Virus record (IMG/VR): IMGVR_UViG_3300046834_000025 | Coordinates: 1-64,000 of that record | Origin: a virus | Reading direction: 5' to 3' (one strand) | Length of the DNA: 64,000 nucleotides | Shown: positions 27,241 through 36,086 of the stretch, in pieces | Layout: each line of letters opens with the position of its first letter | How positions within the stretch are numbered: position 1 is the stretch's first letter | Notes under the pieces: model-generated | What the model saw: only the letters and a program-made list of their open reading frames with translations | Told to the model about the DNA's origin: nothing | The model's database searches: none | Made by a program: the position numbers and the translations under genes

Positions 27241-28594
27241 ATGACCTATGATCCCCGCTTGCACGAATATCAGTTGCGAGCGATCGAACATCTGCTTGGA
27301 ACCGGCGAACGCGGTTCAGCGTTGTTACTTGACATGGGCCTCGGTTGAAGGCAAGACCGCTACCGTCTTGCAGGCGATCGACGAGCGCCACCTTCCGATG
27401 CTTGTGTTGGCACCCAAGAGGGTTGCCGAAGAAGTGTGGCTGGAACAGCGTGACCTCTGGCGACCTGGTCTGGACATGGTCGTGGCGACCGGCAGCCCGA
27501 CCACGCGGGCCAACAAGCGTGCCAGAGACGCCGATGTCGTCGTCATGACCCGCGACAACGTGGGTGACTTCGGAGACCGGAAGCACCCGTTCCGCACTGT
27601 CGTCCTGGACGAGTCGTCCGGCTACAAGGACAAAGGTACCGCCCGTTGGAGGGCGACTAACAAGGTAGTCAACAAGAGTCACTTCACTTGGGCATTGACT
27701 GGCACACCTGCGCCGAACAGCTACATGGACCTCTGGGCACAGATGTACCTGCTCGACCACGGCAAGCGACTTGAGACCACGTTGGGGGCGTATAGGAACC
27801 GCTACTTCGACGCTGGACGCCGGACGAAGATCACCAACATCGTCTACGAGTGGTTGCTCAAGCCTGGTGCCAAGGACTCGATCAACAAGAGGCTTGAGGA
27901 CCTTTGCCTCTCAATGAGAGCCGAAGACTACCTGACGCTTCCAGAGCTCACCTTCAACGAGGTACGGGTCAAGATACCGCCCGTGGCGAAGCGAGCTTAT
28001 GAAGACCTGCATAAGGTCTTGGTCGCCGACCTGACGCTCATGGGAGGGTATGTCCACACTGCAGCGAACGCGGCTGTCCTCTCGAACCGTCTGCGTCAGG
28101 TGTGTGCCGGATTCCTCTACGAGGACGGCAACACGGACAACCACACCTGGTTGCACGACGAGAAGATGCGTGCGTTGCAGGAGATCGTCGATGGTACTGG
28201 CTCGCCGGTCCTGGTCTTCTACCAGTTCAAGGAGGAAGAGCGAAAGATCCTCTCTGTCATCGATGGTGCCGTCTCGATCCGCGAGCCAGGCATCATTCCT
28301 GCCTGGAACCGTGGAGAGGTACGAGCCCTGGTCGCACACCCGCAGTCAGCCGGTCACGGTCTCAACCTGCAGCACGGCGGTCACACGATCGTCTACACCA
28401 CCTTGCCGTGGTCTGGTGAGGAGTGGGAGCAGTCCGTTCACCGCCTGCACCGCCAGGGACAGCGCAACGCTGTTGTCGTCCACTGGCTCTGGGCAGGCCC
28501 GATCGACCGTACCGCCTTCAACACGGTGCAAGACAAGAAGTCCGTACAGGACGGGCTCAAGTCGTACCTCCGAGAGACAGACCTGTGGCTATGA
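27241..28594 (+). CDS. SNF2-family DNA helicase, interrupted in Walker A
   Basis: Frame from 27241 gives MTYDPRLHEYQ...LLDMGLG-stop; +1 frame resumes GKT...VLDESS...LTGTP...SAGHGLNLQHGG...RLHRQGQ. Confidence 0.85.
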
Positions 28595-29130
28595 ACTACG
28601 ATGCAGCACACTATAGTCTTCGCAAGGCGCGAGGACTCGCTTCCGCATACGCGTGCGTGAACTGCGATGCGCAGGCACGCGACTGGTCATACCAGTACAA
28701 CGCAGGGGCAGATGAGCTTACAGAAGGTCGGAGACGATACTCAGCCAACCCGGATCACTACGTGCCGATGTGTCGGCGCTGCCACAAGGCTTTCGATGCA
28801 GAGCATGATCCCTCGATCACAGAAGCTCTAGCAGCCAGTGGGCGGAGAAACATCGTACACTGCCTAGAGGTGAAGGCTGAACGGTTAGCGACTGACCCTG
28901 AATACGCTGCACGAGTTGCCGACCATGCGCGTACCATGTGGACACCAGAAGGCAGCCTGGCAGGTGGGCTGGCCGTCATGGAGAAGATCGGTCCAGAACA
29001 GTGGAGCGAGAACGCAAGTCGAGGAGGTACAACCGTCAGCAAGCAAACACGAGAGTGCGAGTGCGGGTTAATCAGCAACCCCGGAGCAGTTGGAAGACAT
29101 CTGAGTGCAACAGGGCACTCACTGAAGTGA
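28591..29130 (+). CDS. HNH-like (His-Me finger) endonuclease
   Basis: CVNC..ARDWSY...YVPMCRRCH; paralog of 45075. Confidence 0.75.
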   Translation: MNYDAAHYSLRKARGLASAYACVNCDAQARDWSYQYNAGADELTEGRRRYSANPDHYVPMCRRCHKAFDAEHDPSITEALAASGRRNIVHCLEVKAERLATDPEYAARVADHARTMWTPEGSLAGGLAVMEKIGPEQWSENASRGGTTVSKQTRECECGLISNPGAVGRHLSATGHSLK

Positions 29131-29149
29131 AGGAGACTGATCTATGGCT

Positions 29150-29377
29150 ATGAAGCTCAAGACGATCTGGACCATGCCTGCGATGAGCTTGCGAGAGCGG
29201 TTCGGTCGCACCTACGACCTGGTGCTGATCAAGCTGGCGCACCATCTGCCTGCCTCTCTCAAGTACCGCGTCTTCCTGGATGTCGGGGCAGCCAACATCC
29301 GGCCCGACGAGACCGTGCCCAGCGTGTACTATTTCGATATCCTGCAGCGCATGGAGGTTGGTCGCCGTGGCGAGTGA
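29150..29377 (+). CDS. Hypothetical protein
   Basis: AAGGAG RBS. Confidence 0.55.
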   Translation: MKLKTIWTMPAMSLRERFGRTYDLVLIKLAHHLPASLKYRVFLDVGAANIRPDETVPSVYYFDILQRMEVGRRGE

Positions 29378-29467
29378 GTGTCCATACTGCCAGTACCGCT
29401 TCGAGACGGAAGCCGAGCTCGCAGAACACGTTCCTTGTCCTGAAACGATCGGTGACCTGGAGGTTCC

Positions 29468-29620
29468 ATGCTAAGAGCCTGGCGAGGGCTAGTAGACGCC
29501 TTCAAAGGGGTGCTCAACGGCTTTGTCCGAGCTATTTCCATCGAACCACCGTGGGCACTGCTCTACTGCGTGATGGCGCTCGCGTTCGTTTTCGTTGTGG
29601 TGTTTGGAGGCAAACGATGA
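29468..29620 (+). CDS. Small membrane protein
   Basis: 50 aa with C-terminal TM; GGAGG RBS. Confidence 0.5.
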   Translation: MLRAWRGLVDAFKGVLNGFVRAISIEPPWALLYCVMALAFVFVVVFGGKR

Positions 29621-30330
29621 CCAAGAAGTGTAATGCGATCATGACCAGCGAAGGTGGTGTCTGCGAGCTTCACGGCGCTGCCTGGTCGAAGGACGGCTGT
29701 ACGACAGCCGTTGTACTGGAAGATGTGCGCGAGCACCGGCAGTGGCAGTTCGACCACCACGGCTCGAACCGGAATGTGCCGGATGGCACTGGTCCGCAGG
29801 TCGAGTGGCTGATGCCAGTCCTCGGTGCAGACGGCGCAAAGCAGGCATACGTCGGCTCTGTCGGTGCAGCCACGATCGAAGCCCTGTTCCGCGAGGACTG
29901 GGACTGGCCGAAGGACGGCACCGACCAGGAGAAGGCCGATGCCTACGCGGCAATGACCTGGTTGGGTCTTGTGCGCGAGGAGACCGCAGAAGCGTTTGCC
30001 AAGGAAGACCAGGACGAGCTCTACGGTGAGCTCAAGCAGCTTGCCTCACTTGCGATCTCCTGGATGGAGAAAATCCGTGAGCGCAAGCAGTGGCAGTACG
30101 GCCAGCTTCATGACGACGGCACCGTCTACAGCCTGCCCTACTGGCACTCTCCCGACCAGGTGATCGCTGCACAGCATGGTCTGATGCCGGTCCCTGGCAT
30201 GCAAGTCATGGTCGTTCGTCGTCGCCCTGGTCAGCCGTGGGAGCCGATGCCGGACACCTACTGGGGAGGAAAGCATGAGCCGCCTGATCTGCCCGGTCTG
30301 CACAGCACCACACGGCACGCCGCATCGTAA
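29617..30330 (+). CDS. MazG-like nucleotide pyrophosphohydrolase-fold protein
   Basis: VLEDVREHRQWQ...PDGTG...TWLGLVREETAEA...LYGELKQLASLAISWME. Confidence 0.6.
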   Translation: MTKKCNAIMTSEGGVCELHGAAWSKDGCTTAVVLEDVREHRQWQFDHHGSNRNVPDGTGPQVEWLMPVLGADGAKQAYVGSVGAATIEALFREDWDWPKDGTDQEKADAYAAMTWLGLVREETAEAFAKEDQDELYGELKQLASLAISWMEKIRERKQWQYGQLHDDGTVYSLPYWHSPDQVIAAQHGLMPVPGMQVMVVRRRPGQPWEPMPDTYWGGKHEPPDLPGLHSTTRHAAS

Positions 30331-30457
30331 GACCTGCGCTGAAGAGGCACGCAGGATGGTCGATCACCTGACCACCGAACTCGAGAGGCTGCGAGCGCAA
30401 AACGAGCAGCTACACATCGAGATCCAGAACCCAGAGATGAGGATCGATTGGAACTGA
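30275..30457 (+). CDS. Small hypothetical protein
   Basis: CPVC...H...C followed by a coil. Confidence 0.5.
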   Translation: MSRLICPVCTAPHGTPHRKTCAEEARRMVDHLTTELERLRAQNEQLHIEIQNPEMRIDWN

Positions 30458-31005
30458 TCAAGCCGTGTCGTCGAGGTCTCCACGATCTCGCCGATACGGT
30501 CAACGTCTACGTGCAGCCAAGTACCGGCAAGCCGCAATGCAAGCGGTGCATGGCTGACCGGCGCAAGAGGAACAGGCAGCGCAAGGCAGATCAGTATGCA
30601 GCAGTTACCAAAGCCTGGAGAGAACAGAACAAAGAGAGGAATGCTGCAGTACGACGCGCCAACAAGGAGGGTGTAGCTAAGTGGAACAAGACGTATCGCC
30701 AGAACAACCCGGAGAAGTTCCAAGGGTACCAACGAAAGAGACGTGCGCTGAAGGCTAGCCTGCCTTCGGAGCCGTACACCAGGCAGGACATCATCGATCG
30801 TGATGGAACGGACTGTGGTCTCTGTGGAGAGCCTGTCGATCTTGAGCTCAAGTACCCAGATCATCTGTCGCCGTCGATCGACCACGTCATCCCGATCACC
30901 AGGCAAGGACCAGATACCCTTGCGAACGTGCAACTCGCGCACCTGATTTGCAACATACGCAAGCACAACCACCTGGAGGAGAAGGACCTTGAACGAGCGT
31001 CCTGA
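30448..31005 (+). CDS. HNH endonuclease
   Basis: CRRGLH...CKRC; nuclease domain near-identical to 4657-5406. Confidence 0.88.
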   Translation: MELIKPCRRGLHDLADTVNVYVQPSTGKPQCKRCMADRRKRNRQRKADQYAAVTKAWREQNKERNAAVRRANKEGVAKWNKTYRQNNPEKFQGYQRKRRALKASLPSEPYTRQDIIDRDGTDCGLCGEPVDLELKYPDHLSPSIDHVIPITRQGPDTLANVQLAHLICNIRKHNHLEEKDLERAS

Positions 31006-31387
31006 TTGGCATAGCTATTTCTTGATCATCGCTCAAGCCGTCGCGACCCGTGGCGAGTGCGTCAGGAGCAAGGTAGGTGCCGTGATCGTTCGCGATCAGC
31101 GCATCCTCGCGACAGGCTACAATGGCGTGGCCGCAGGAGAGCCGTCGTGCCTGGATGGCATCTGTCCGCGTGCTCAGAACCGAGTACCACACGGTACTCC
31201 TTATACTGGCGCTGGTGCCTGCATCGCCAAGCACGCCGAGATGAACGCGATCGAGGACGCAGAGCGCAGAGAGATCGATATCGAAGGTGCCTGGATGTAC
31301 CTCACGAAGGAGCCCTGTGAGCAGTGTGTCGGCCAGCTTGACGCCTACAGGCTCTCCGTCATGTGGCCGGACGACCCTACATCCTAG
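30989..31387 (+). CDS. dCMP deaminase
   Basis: RPDW-YF, VGAVIV, ATGYNG, HAEMNAI, PCEQC. Confidence 0.9.
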   Translation: MNERPDWHSYFLIIAQAVATRGECVRSKVGAVIVRDQRILATGYNGVAAGEPSCLDGICPRAQNRVPHGTPYTGAGACIAKHAEMNAIEDAERREIDIEGAWMYLTKEPCEQCVGQLDAYRLSVMWPDDPTS

Positions 31388-31394
31388 CTTGCTG

Positions 31395-31495
31395 GAGGTT
31401 GCCACCTCTGGACCTCGAGGCCCACTTGAGTACCCTCACCATAGGGTGCCCTCGTTCGGGCCACTCTGGCGTTTTGACAGGTCGCGTGGAAGGAA
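31395..31495. repeat. 101-bp intergenic repeat, copy B
   Basis: 85/101 identical to 19972-20072. Confidence 0.9.
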
Positions 31496-31666
31496 CTCCG
31501 GCAGGCCGTGCTCCCCCGTGCCCATGTTGATCATGGAAAGGGGCCAAATGGGTGATCTTCCGCCGAAAGACGCGAGGATGCTCGTGCTCTGGCCGATGAG
31601 GTAAGTGCAAGCACACACCGAGGAAGGGAGGTCGCCAGGTCACTGACCTGGTAAAACACCTGAAAG

Positions 31667-31695
31667 TTGCATTTGAGCGAGATTCATGCTATGAT
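31667..31695 (+). promoter_or_regulatory. SigA-type promoter
   Basis: TTGCAT-N17-TATGAT with extended TG; followed by GAGAACTCGA as at 20176. Confidence 0.75.
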
Positions 31696-31756
31696 GAGAA
31701 CTCGAACAAGACGTGCCCGCCACCAGGGTCGGCACACCGAGGAAGGGAAGCCCACC

Positions 31757-32797
31757 GTGGCCCACGAAATCACCGACACCGACACCGTCATCTCCGTCCG
31801 TGACGCAGGCTGGCACGGCCTGGCCAAGGTGCTCGACGACTACGTCACGCCGGAAGAGGCTCGCAAGGCTGCCTTCGACTGGGAGCCGATCACCACGCCT
31901 CTCTACCGTGGCGTTCCGGTCATTGGTGACGACGGCTATGTCAGCCGGGGATACGAGCTCATCGAGGGCACTGTCGGCGTGGAGCGCAGCGACAACGGCG
32001 TCTTCTTCGGCGCTGTCAGCAAGGAACTCGGCGAGACGCTGGAGCACACCAACAACAAGACCCTGACCGAGGTGGCCGAAGCCGTCGAGGGCATCGCCGC
32101 TGGTGATGTCCGGGTCGAGACCGCTGGCAGCCTCAAGGGTGGCCGGAAGGTCTGGATGCTCCTCCGCCTCAACGAGCCGATTGCCATCAAGGGTGACCCG
32201 CACGGCGACACGATCCCCTACTTCGCGCTCCAGACCTCCCACGACGGCACCGGCTCGTTCCGTGGGCAGGCTCTGTTCACCCGCGTGATCTGCGACAACA
32301 CCGCTCAGATGGCCGACCTCGAGGCCGCGAAGCGCGGCACGGAGTTCACCTTCCGCCACACCTCCGGCATCAAGGACCGAATCGAAGAGGCGAAGGCTGC
32401 CGTCGCCATGTGGCGCAAGAGCGTGGAGGACTGGAACACGCTCATGGGCAACCTGATGGATCTCAAGATCACCGTGAAGCAGCAGGAACTCTTCGTCGAC
32501 CAGTGGCAGCCGCTGATGCTGCCGGAGGGTCTGGCCGTCAGCCAGCGCGTGCAGAACAACATCGAGACTGCTCGCGGTGAGTTCTGGGGCATCATGAACG
32601 GCGTCACCACGGAGGGCATCGACCTCACGGCCTACGGACTGGTGCAGGCCGCGATTGAACACCAGCAACATGTTCGGAGCGTCCGCGCTGACTCGGATCT
32701 CGCTCGTGCTGAAAGCCGCTTCAACCGTGCCTACCTGCAGCGCGATAGCCTGACCACCCTCGCCGTGAAGCTCGCTCGTGAGGTTGCGGCAGCCTGA
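31757..32797 (+). CDS. DUF932 family protein
   Basis: AGWHGL, ETAGSLKGGRKVW, TSHDGTG, RVICDNT, FRHT. Confidence 0.88.
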   Translation: MAHEITDTDTVISVRDAGWHGLAKVLDDYVTPEEARKAAFDWEPITTPLYRGVPVIGDDGYVSRGYELIEGTVGVERSDNGVFFGAVSKELGETLEHTNNKTLTEVAEAVEGIAAGDVRVETAGSLKGGRKVWMLLRLNEPIAIKGDPHGDTIPYFALQTSHDGTGSFRGQALFTRVICDNTAQMADLEAAKRGTEFTFRHTSGIKDRIEEAKAAVAMWRKSVEDWNTLMGNLMDLKITVKQQELFVDQWQPLMLPEGLAVSQRVQNNIETARGEFWGIMNGVTTEGIDLTAYGLVQAAIEHQQHVRSVRADSDLARAESRFNRAYLQRDSLTTLAVKLAREVAAA

Positions 32798-33306
32798 TGA
32801 ACTCCGGCGTGCCGACCCTGGCCAACCTGCTCAGCAAGTTCGAGCAGGTCGGCTCGGGGTGCTGGGAGTGGGTCAACCCGACTCACAAGCAGGGCTACGG
32901 TACGATCAGGTGGGACGGGCGAACGGTCTTCGCTCACCGGCTGATGGTGGCTGCAGTCTACGGCGTAACGCTCGAACAGATCCGAGAAGATGTAGTCCGG
33001 CACTCATGTGACAACACGTCGTGTGTCAACCCGCTTCATCTGCTCGTAGGAACACAACAGCAGAACTGTTTCGATCGGCTAATCCGTGGCCGACGCGTCG
33101 AACGACTAAACAACACAAGGCGTCTCTCCGTCGACATCGTTACGGAGATGCGACGTCGAGCACGGCAAGGCGAACGAGGTGTTGCTTTGGCACACGAGTT
33201 CGGAATTTCGAAGAGCAGCACCTATCAAGCAATCCGAGGCTACACATGGTCATGGATTGAAGAACCACCCGTCACAACACTGAGAGGAAACCGACATGAA
33301 CAGTAA
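32797..33306 (+). CDS. HNH endonuclease with C-terminal HTH
   Basis: CWEW...GYG...AHR...VRHSCDNTSCVNPLHL. Confidence 0.88.
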   Translation: MNSGVPTLANLLSKFEQVGSGCWEWVNPTHKQGYGTIRWDGRTVFAHRLMVAAVYGVTLEQIREDVVRHSCDNTSCVNPLHLLVGTQQQNCFDRLIRGRRVERLNNTRRLSVDIVTEMRRRARQGERGVALAHEFGISKSSTYQAIRGYTWSWIEEPPVTTLRGNRHEQ

Positions 33307-33640
33307 GAACACCGGCGCAGTCAAGATGGTCACGGACCTGTTGAAGCACGAGTGGGCATCAAGGGAGGTTGGTAAAAGCGTTCTCATCAATCCCGTCATC
33401 TTCGCAGCAAAGAACAATCTCTCAGCAGAGGTAGTCACGGGTGCCTTGCAGGATATCGCTCGCCCCGGTGCACCTCACACCTGGATCACCCGTGTTGCAA
33501 AGGGTGTCTATGAGATCGTAAGCGAGCCCATGAGTGCGCGTGAAGCGAGCGGTAATACCTCGCATCACTCGCGTATCAGTGCGCTCGAAGCTGAAGTCGC
33601 AGATCTCCGTGACATCCTTAAGCGTGCTGGACTCATCTGA
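33296..33640 (+). CDS. Winged-helix-like hypothetical protein (array unit 1)
   Basis: ITRVAKGVYE wing plus coil; start-associated sequence. Confidence 0.6.
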   Translation: MNSKNTGAVKMVTDLLKHEWASREVGKSVLINPVIFAAKNNLSAEVVTGALQDIARPGAPHTWITRVAKGVYEIVSEPMSAREASGNTSHHSRISALEAEVADLRDILKRAGLI

Positions 33641-33702
33641 TCCTGCCGACCAGGATGGTGCCGGTCTTCGGAGAGACCGGCGCTGTCTGGGCCGACTGGC
33701 TC
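33636..33702. repeat. Gene-boundary hairpin repeat R1
   Basis: TCTGATCCTGCCGACCAGGATGGTGCCGGTC..GACCGGCGCTGTCTGGGCCGACTGGCTC. Confidence 0.95.
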
Positions 33703-33728
33703 ACCACCGCCAAGAAGGGAAACCGACC

Positions 33729-34250
33729 ATGAGCAACGCCGACCGGACTCGCGAAGCGAAGCCAGCCTGCCCGTTCGACGGCGCGACCGTCCGTGACAGC
33801 AACGGACAGTGCCACTGCAGGAACGTCCTGTACCGTGAGTGGCAGAAGGACCTCTCCATCAAGGACGACATGACCCTGATCTTCAACAAGGCTCTCCTGG
33901 ACGGCGACTCGATCGAGACCGCTCTCGCTGCCGTGCGCGCCGAATTCCCTCACCTGGTTCGCACCCGGAAGATCAACGCGACGCCCACGCCCGCTGCCCC
34001 GCCTGCCGTGGTCGAGACGCCTGCCGTGGTCGAGGACGAGAAGAAGCCGACGACCGCCGAGATCATCAAGGACGAGGTGGCCGTGGAGAAGGCGGAGAAG
34101 CCTCGCTACGTCCTCGCGTTCGTGCCGTCCGGCCAGACCACGGAGTACGCTCGCAAGGACGCCGCCATCAAGGCTGGTGTGCGCTCTGGTGGCGAGTGGA
34201 CCGTCAGCTACAAGGGCAAGAAGGTCGCTCAGTCCGATGAACTGCTCTGA
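33729..34250 (+). CDS. Hypothetical protein (array unit 2)
   Basis: 173 aa with Pro/Ala linker. Confidence 0.7.
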   Translation: MSNADRTREAKPACPFDGATVRDSNGQCHCRNVLYREWQKDLSIKDDMTLIFNKALLDGDSIETALAAVRAEFPHLVRTRKINATPTPAAPPAVVETPAVVEDEKKPTTAEIIKDEVAVEKAEKPRYVLAFVPSGQTTEYARKDAAIKAGVRSGGEWTVSYKGKKVAQSDELL

Positions 34251-34307
34251 TCCTGCCGACCAGGATGGTGCCGGTCTCCGACCGGCGCTGTCTGGGCCGA
34301 CTGGCTC
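34246..34307. repeat. Gene-boundary hairpin repeat R2
   Basis: Identical to R3; differs from R1 only in the apical loop. Confidence 0.95.
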
Positions 34308-34335
34308 GATTCGAACCGAGAGAAGGAAACTTACT

Positions 34336-34647
34336 ATGAGCACCATCACCACCACCGTTCTCCCCGCCAAGCAGTCCCGTGGCACCGTTGCGATCCTCAA
34401 CACCGTGCGCTGGATCGGCACCGGCTTCCACCTCCTGATCGCCGCGATCCTCCTGCTCATGTCCCTGGTCGCGATGTTCACGGCTGACAACGGCTTCCTG
34501 GTCTTCCTCGGTGGCCTCCTCGGTGTCGGCATGACCCTCGTGTTCGGCGCGCTGTTCTACGCGACCGTGGGTTGGTTCGTCGACACGCTGAGCCAGCTCA
34601 ACCAGATCGCTGCCAACACTGCTCCCACCAGCATCACCGCTCTCTGA
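34336..34647 (+). CDS. Membrane protein (array unit 3)
   Basis: Two long hydrophobic helices. Confidence 0.75.
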   Translation: MSTITTTVLPAKQSRGTVAILNTVRWIGTGFHLLIAAILLLMSLVAMFTADNGFLVFLGGLLGVGMTLVFGALFYATVGWFVDTLSQLNQIAANTAPTSITAL

Positions 34648-34704
34648 TCCTGCCGACCAGGATGGTGCCGGTCTCCGACCGGCGCTGTCTGGGCCGACTG
34701 GCTC
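34643..34704. repeat. Gene-boundary hairpin repeat R3
   Basis: Identical to R2. Confidence 0.95.
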
Positions 34705-34738
34705 GTGATTGCACCACTCACCTCACGGAAGAGAGACC

Positions 34739-36061
34739 ATGACTAGGTTCAGAATCGCAACGATCGCCATCCTGGCGGTGGTGATCGCTTGCTTCGCATG
34801 GAACTTGACTGCTCCTGCGCAGGCAACCAGCACGGACTGCGTGCCGCAGGCTGCCTACGACGAGACCGTCGTGGACAAGGCTGCCTGGGACGAGACCGTC
34901 ACCGACAAGGCTGCCTGGGACGAGACCGTCATCGACACGGCTGCCATCGATCGGTGGTACTCCTGGACGGGTGGTCCCTCCGACTCGCACCCTGCTCCGC
35001 CTGCAGGCTCGTGGCAGGTGGACAACGGTAGCCACGACGGCTTCGACCAGAGCCCTGGTTTGCTGCAGCGGGACAAGGGCAACAGTGGCAACAGCGACTG
35101 GTTCTACCACCTGGTCGTTGCGGAGGTGTCTCACGTCGTCCACCACGCCGCTGAGACTCACGTCGTCCACCACGCCGCTGAGACTCACGTCGTCCACCAC
35201 GATGCTGTGACGTGCCCGCCTCCGGCGACCACCACGATCACCACACCTCCGGGTGACGACGAGGAGACGACCACGCCTCCGGTCACCACCACGCCGACCG
35301 GCCACAAGTACTACGTCTGCAAGTACGTTGGCACGCCTGGTGAGGACGAGCGTCCTCAGCCGAGTGACCAGAACCCGATCTTCGTCGACGAGCACTCCAT
35401 CGCCTCGTTCCCGAACATCGTCATCGGCGCGTTCTTCGCTGACGCACAGGGTCGCTCGAAGGTGATCGCTGGTCCGTACGACAAGAAGCTCGATGTCGAG
35501 CCTGGCATCGAGGCATGTGGCGGAACGACAACCACCACGACCACACCGCCGACCACCACCACGCCGAACGGCTTCCCGGTTCCGGCTCTGTTCAACGCTG
35601 CGCCGACTCCGGCAACGTGTGTCTCTGCCGGAGTGTTCAACGATGGCGCTCTCGGTGGTGTCCTGATCGACACCTCTCCCTCGGGTCTGACCAAGGTGTA
35701 CTCCTTCGCGGACGACGCCTTCCGGCTCGTGGTCAGCCGCGAGACTGCCGGAGAGGTGGGCCTGTGGCTGGTGCCGTTCGAAGAGGGCCTTACGTTCTCG
35801 GGTCTGTCCGATGCCTGGACCGACAACGGTGACGGAACATTCTCTCGCACCATCATTCTCCCCGCTCAGTTGAGCGGTGAGGACTGCCCGACGACCACGA
35901 CCACGCCGCCGACGACGACCACCACGGTCCCGCCGACGACGACCACGACCGTGCCGCCGACGACGGTGACCACGACCGTGCCACCGACGGAGAAGCCGAA
36001 GCCTGCTCCCAAGCCGGTCACGCCCAAGCCGTCTCGTTCCGTTCTGTCGCACACCCTCTGA
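34739..36061 (+). CDS. Secreted Pro/Thr-rich surface-type protein (array unit 4)
   Basis: Signal peptide ending AQA; AAWDETV and HVVHHAAET repeats; PT linkers; ends VLSHTL. Confidence 0.8.
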   Translation: MTRFRIATIAILAVVIACFAWNLTAPAQATSTDCVPQAAYDETVVDKAAWDETVTDKAAWDETVIDTAAIDRWYSWTGGPSDSHPAPPAGSWQVDNGSHDGFDQSPGLLQRDKGNSGNSDWFYHLVVAEVSHVVHHAAETHVVHHAAETHVVHHDAVTCPPPATTTITTPPGDDEETTTPPVTTTPTGHKYYVCKYVGTPGEDERPQPSDQNPIFVDEHSIASFPNIVIGAFFADAQGRSKVIAGPYDKKLDVEPGIEACGGTTTTTTTPPTTTTPNGFPVPALFNAAPTPATCVSAGVFNDGALGGVLIDTSPSGLTKVYSFADDAFRLVVSRETAGEVGLWLVPFEEGLTFSGLSDAWTDNGDGTFSRTIILPAQLSGEDCPTTTTTPPTTTTTVPPTTTTTVPPTTVTTTVPPTEKPKPAPKPVTPKPSRSVLSHTL

Positions 36062-36086
36062 TCCACTAGCCCGAAGGGAGAGCACG

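Noticed and set aside
27248-27349. ORF-track helicase N-terminus MIPACTNISC
   Set aside because: Lacks the Q motif and the first half of Walker A, which are in the 27241 frame
33636-33702. Hammerhead ribozyme in the repeat
   Set aside because: Has CTGATCC rather than CUGANGA and lacks the GAAA core
33636-34704. CRISPR array
   Set aside because: Repeats are 62-67 bp and separated by whole genes of 335-545 bp; the Cas4-like gene is the usual phage DUF2800 exonuclease
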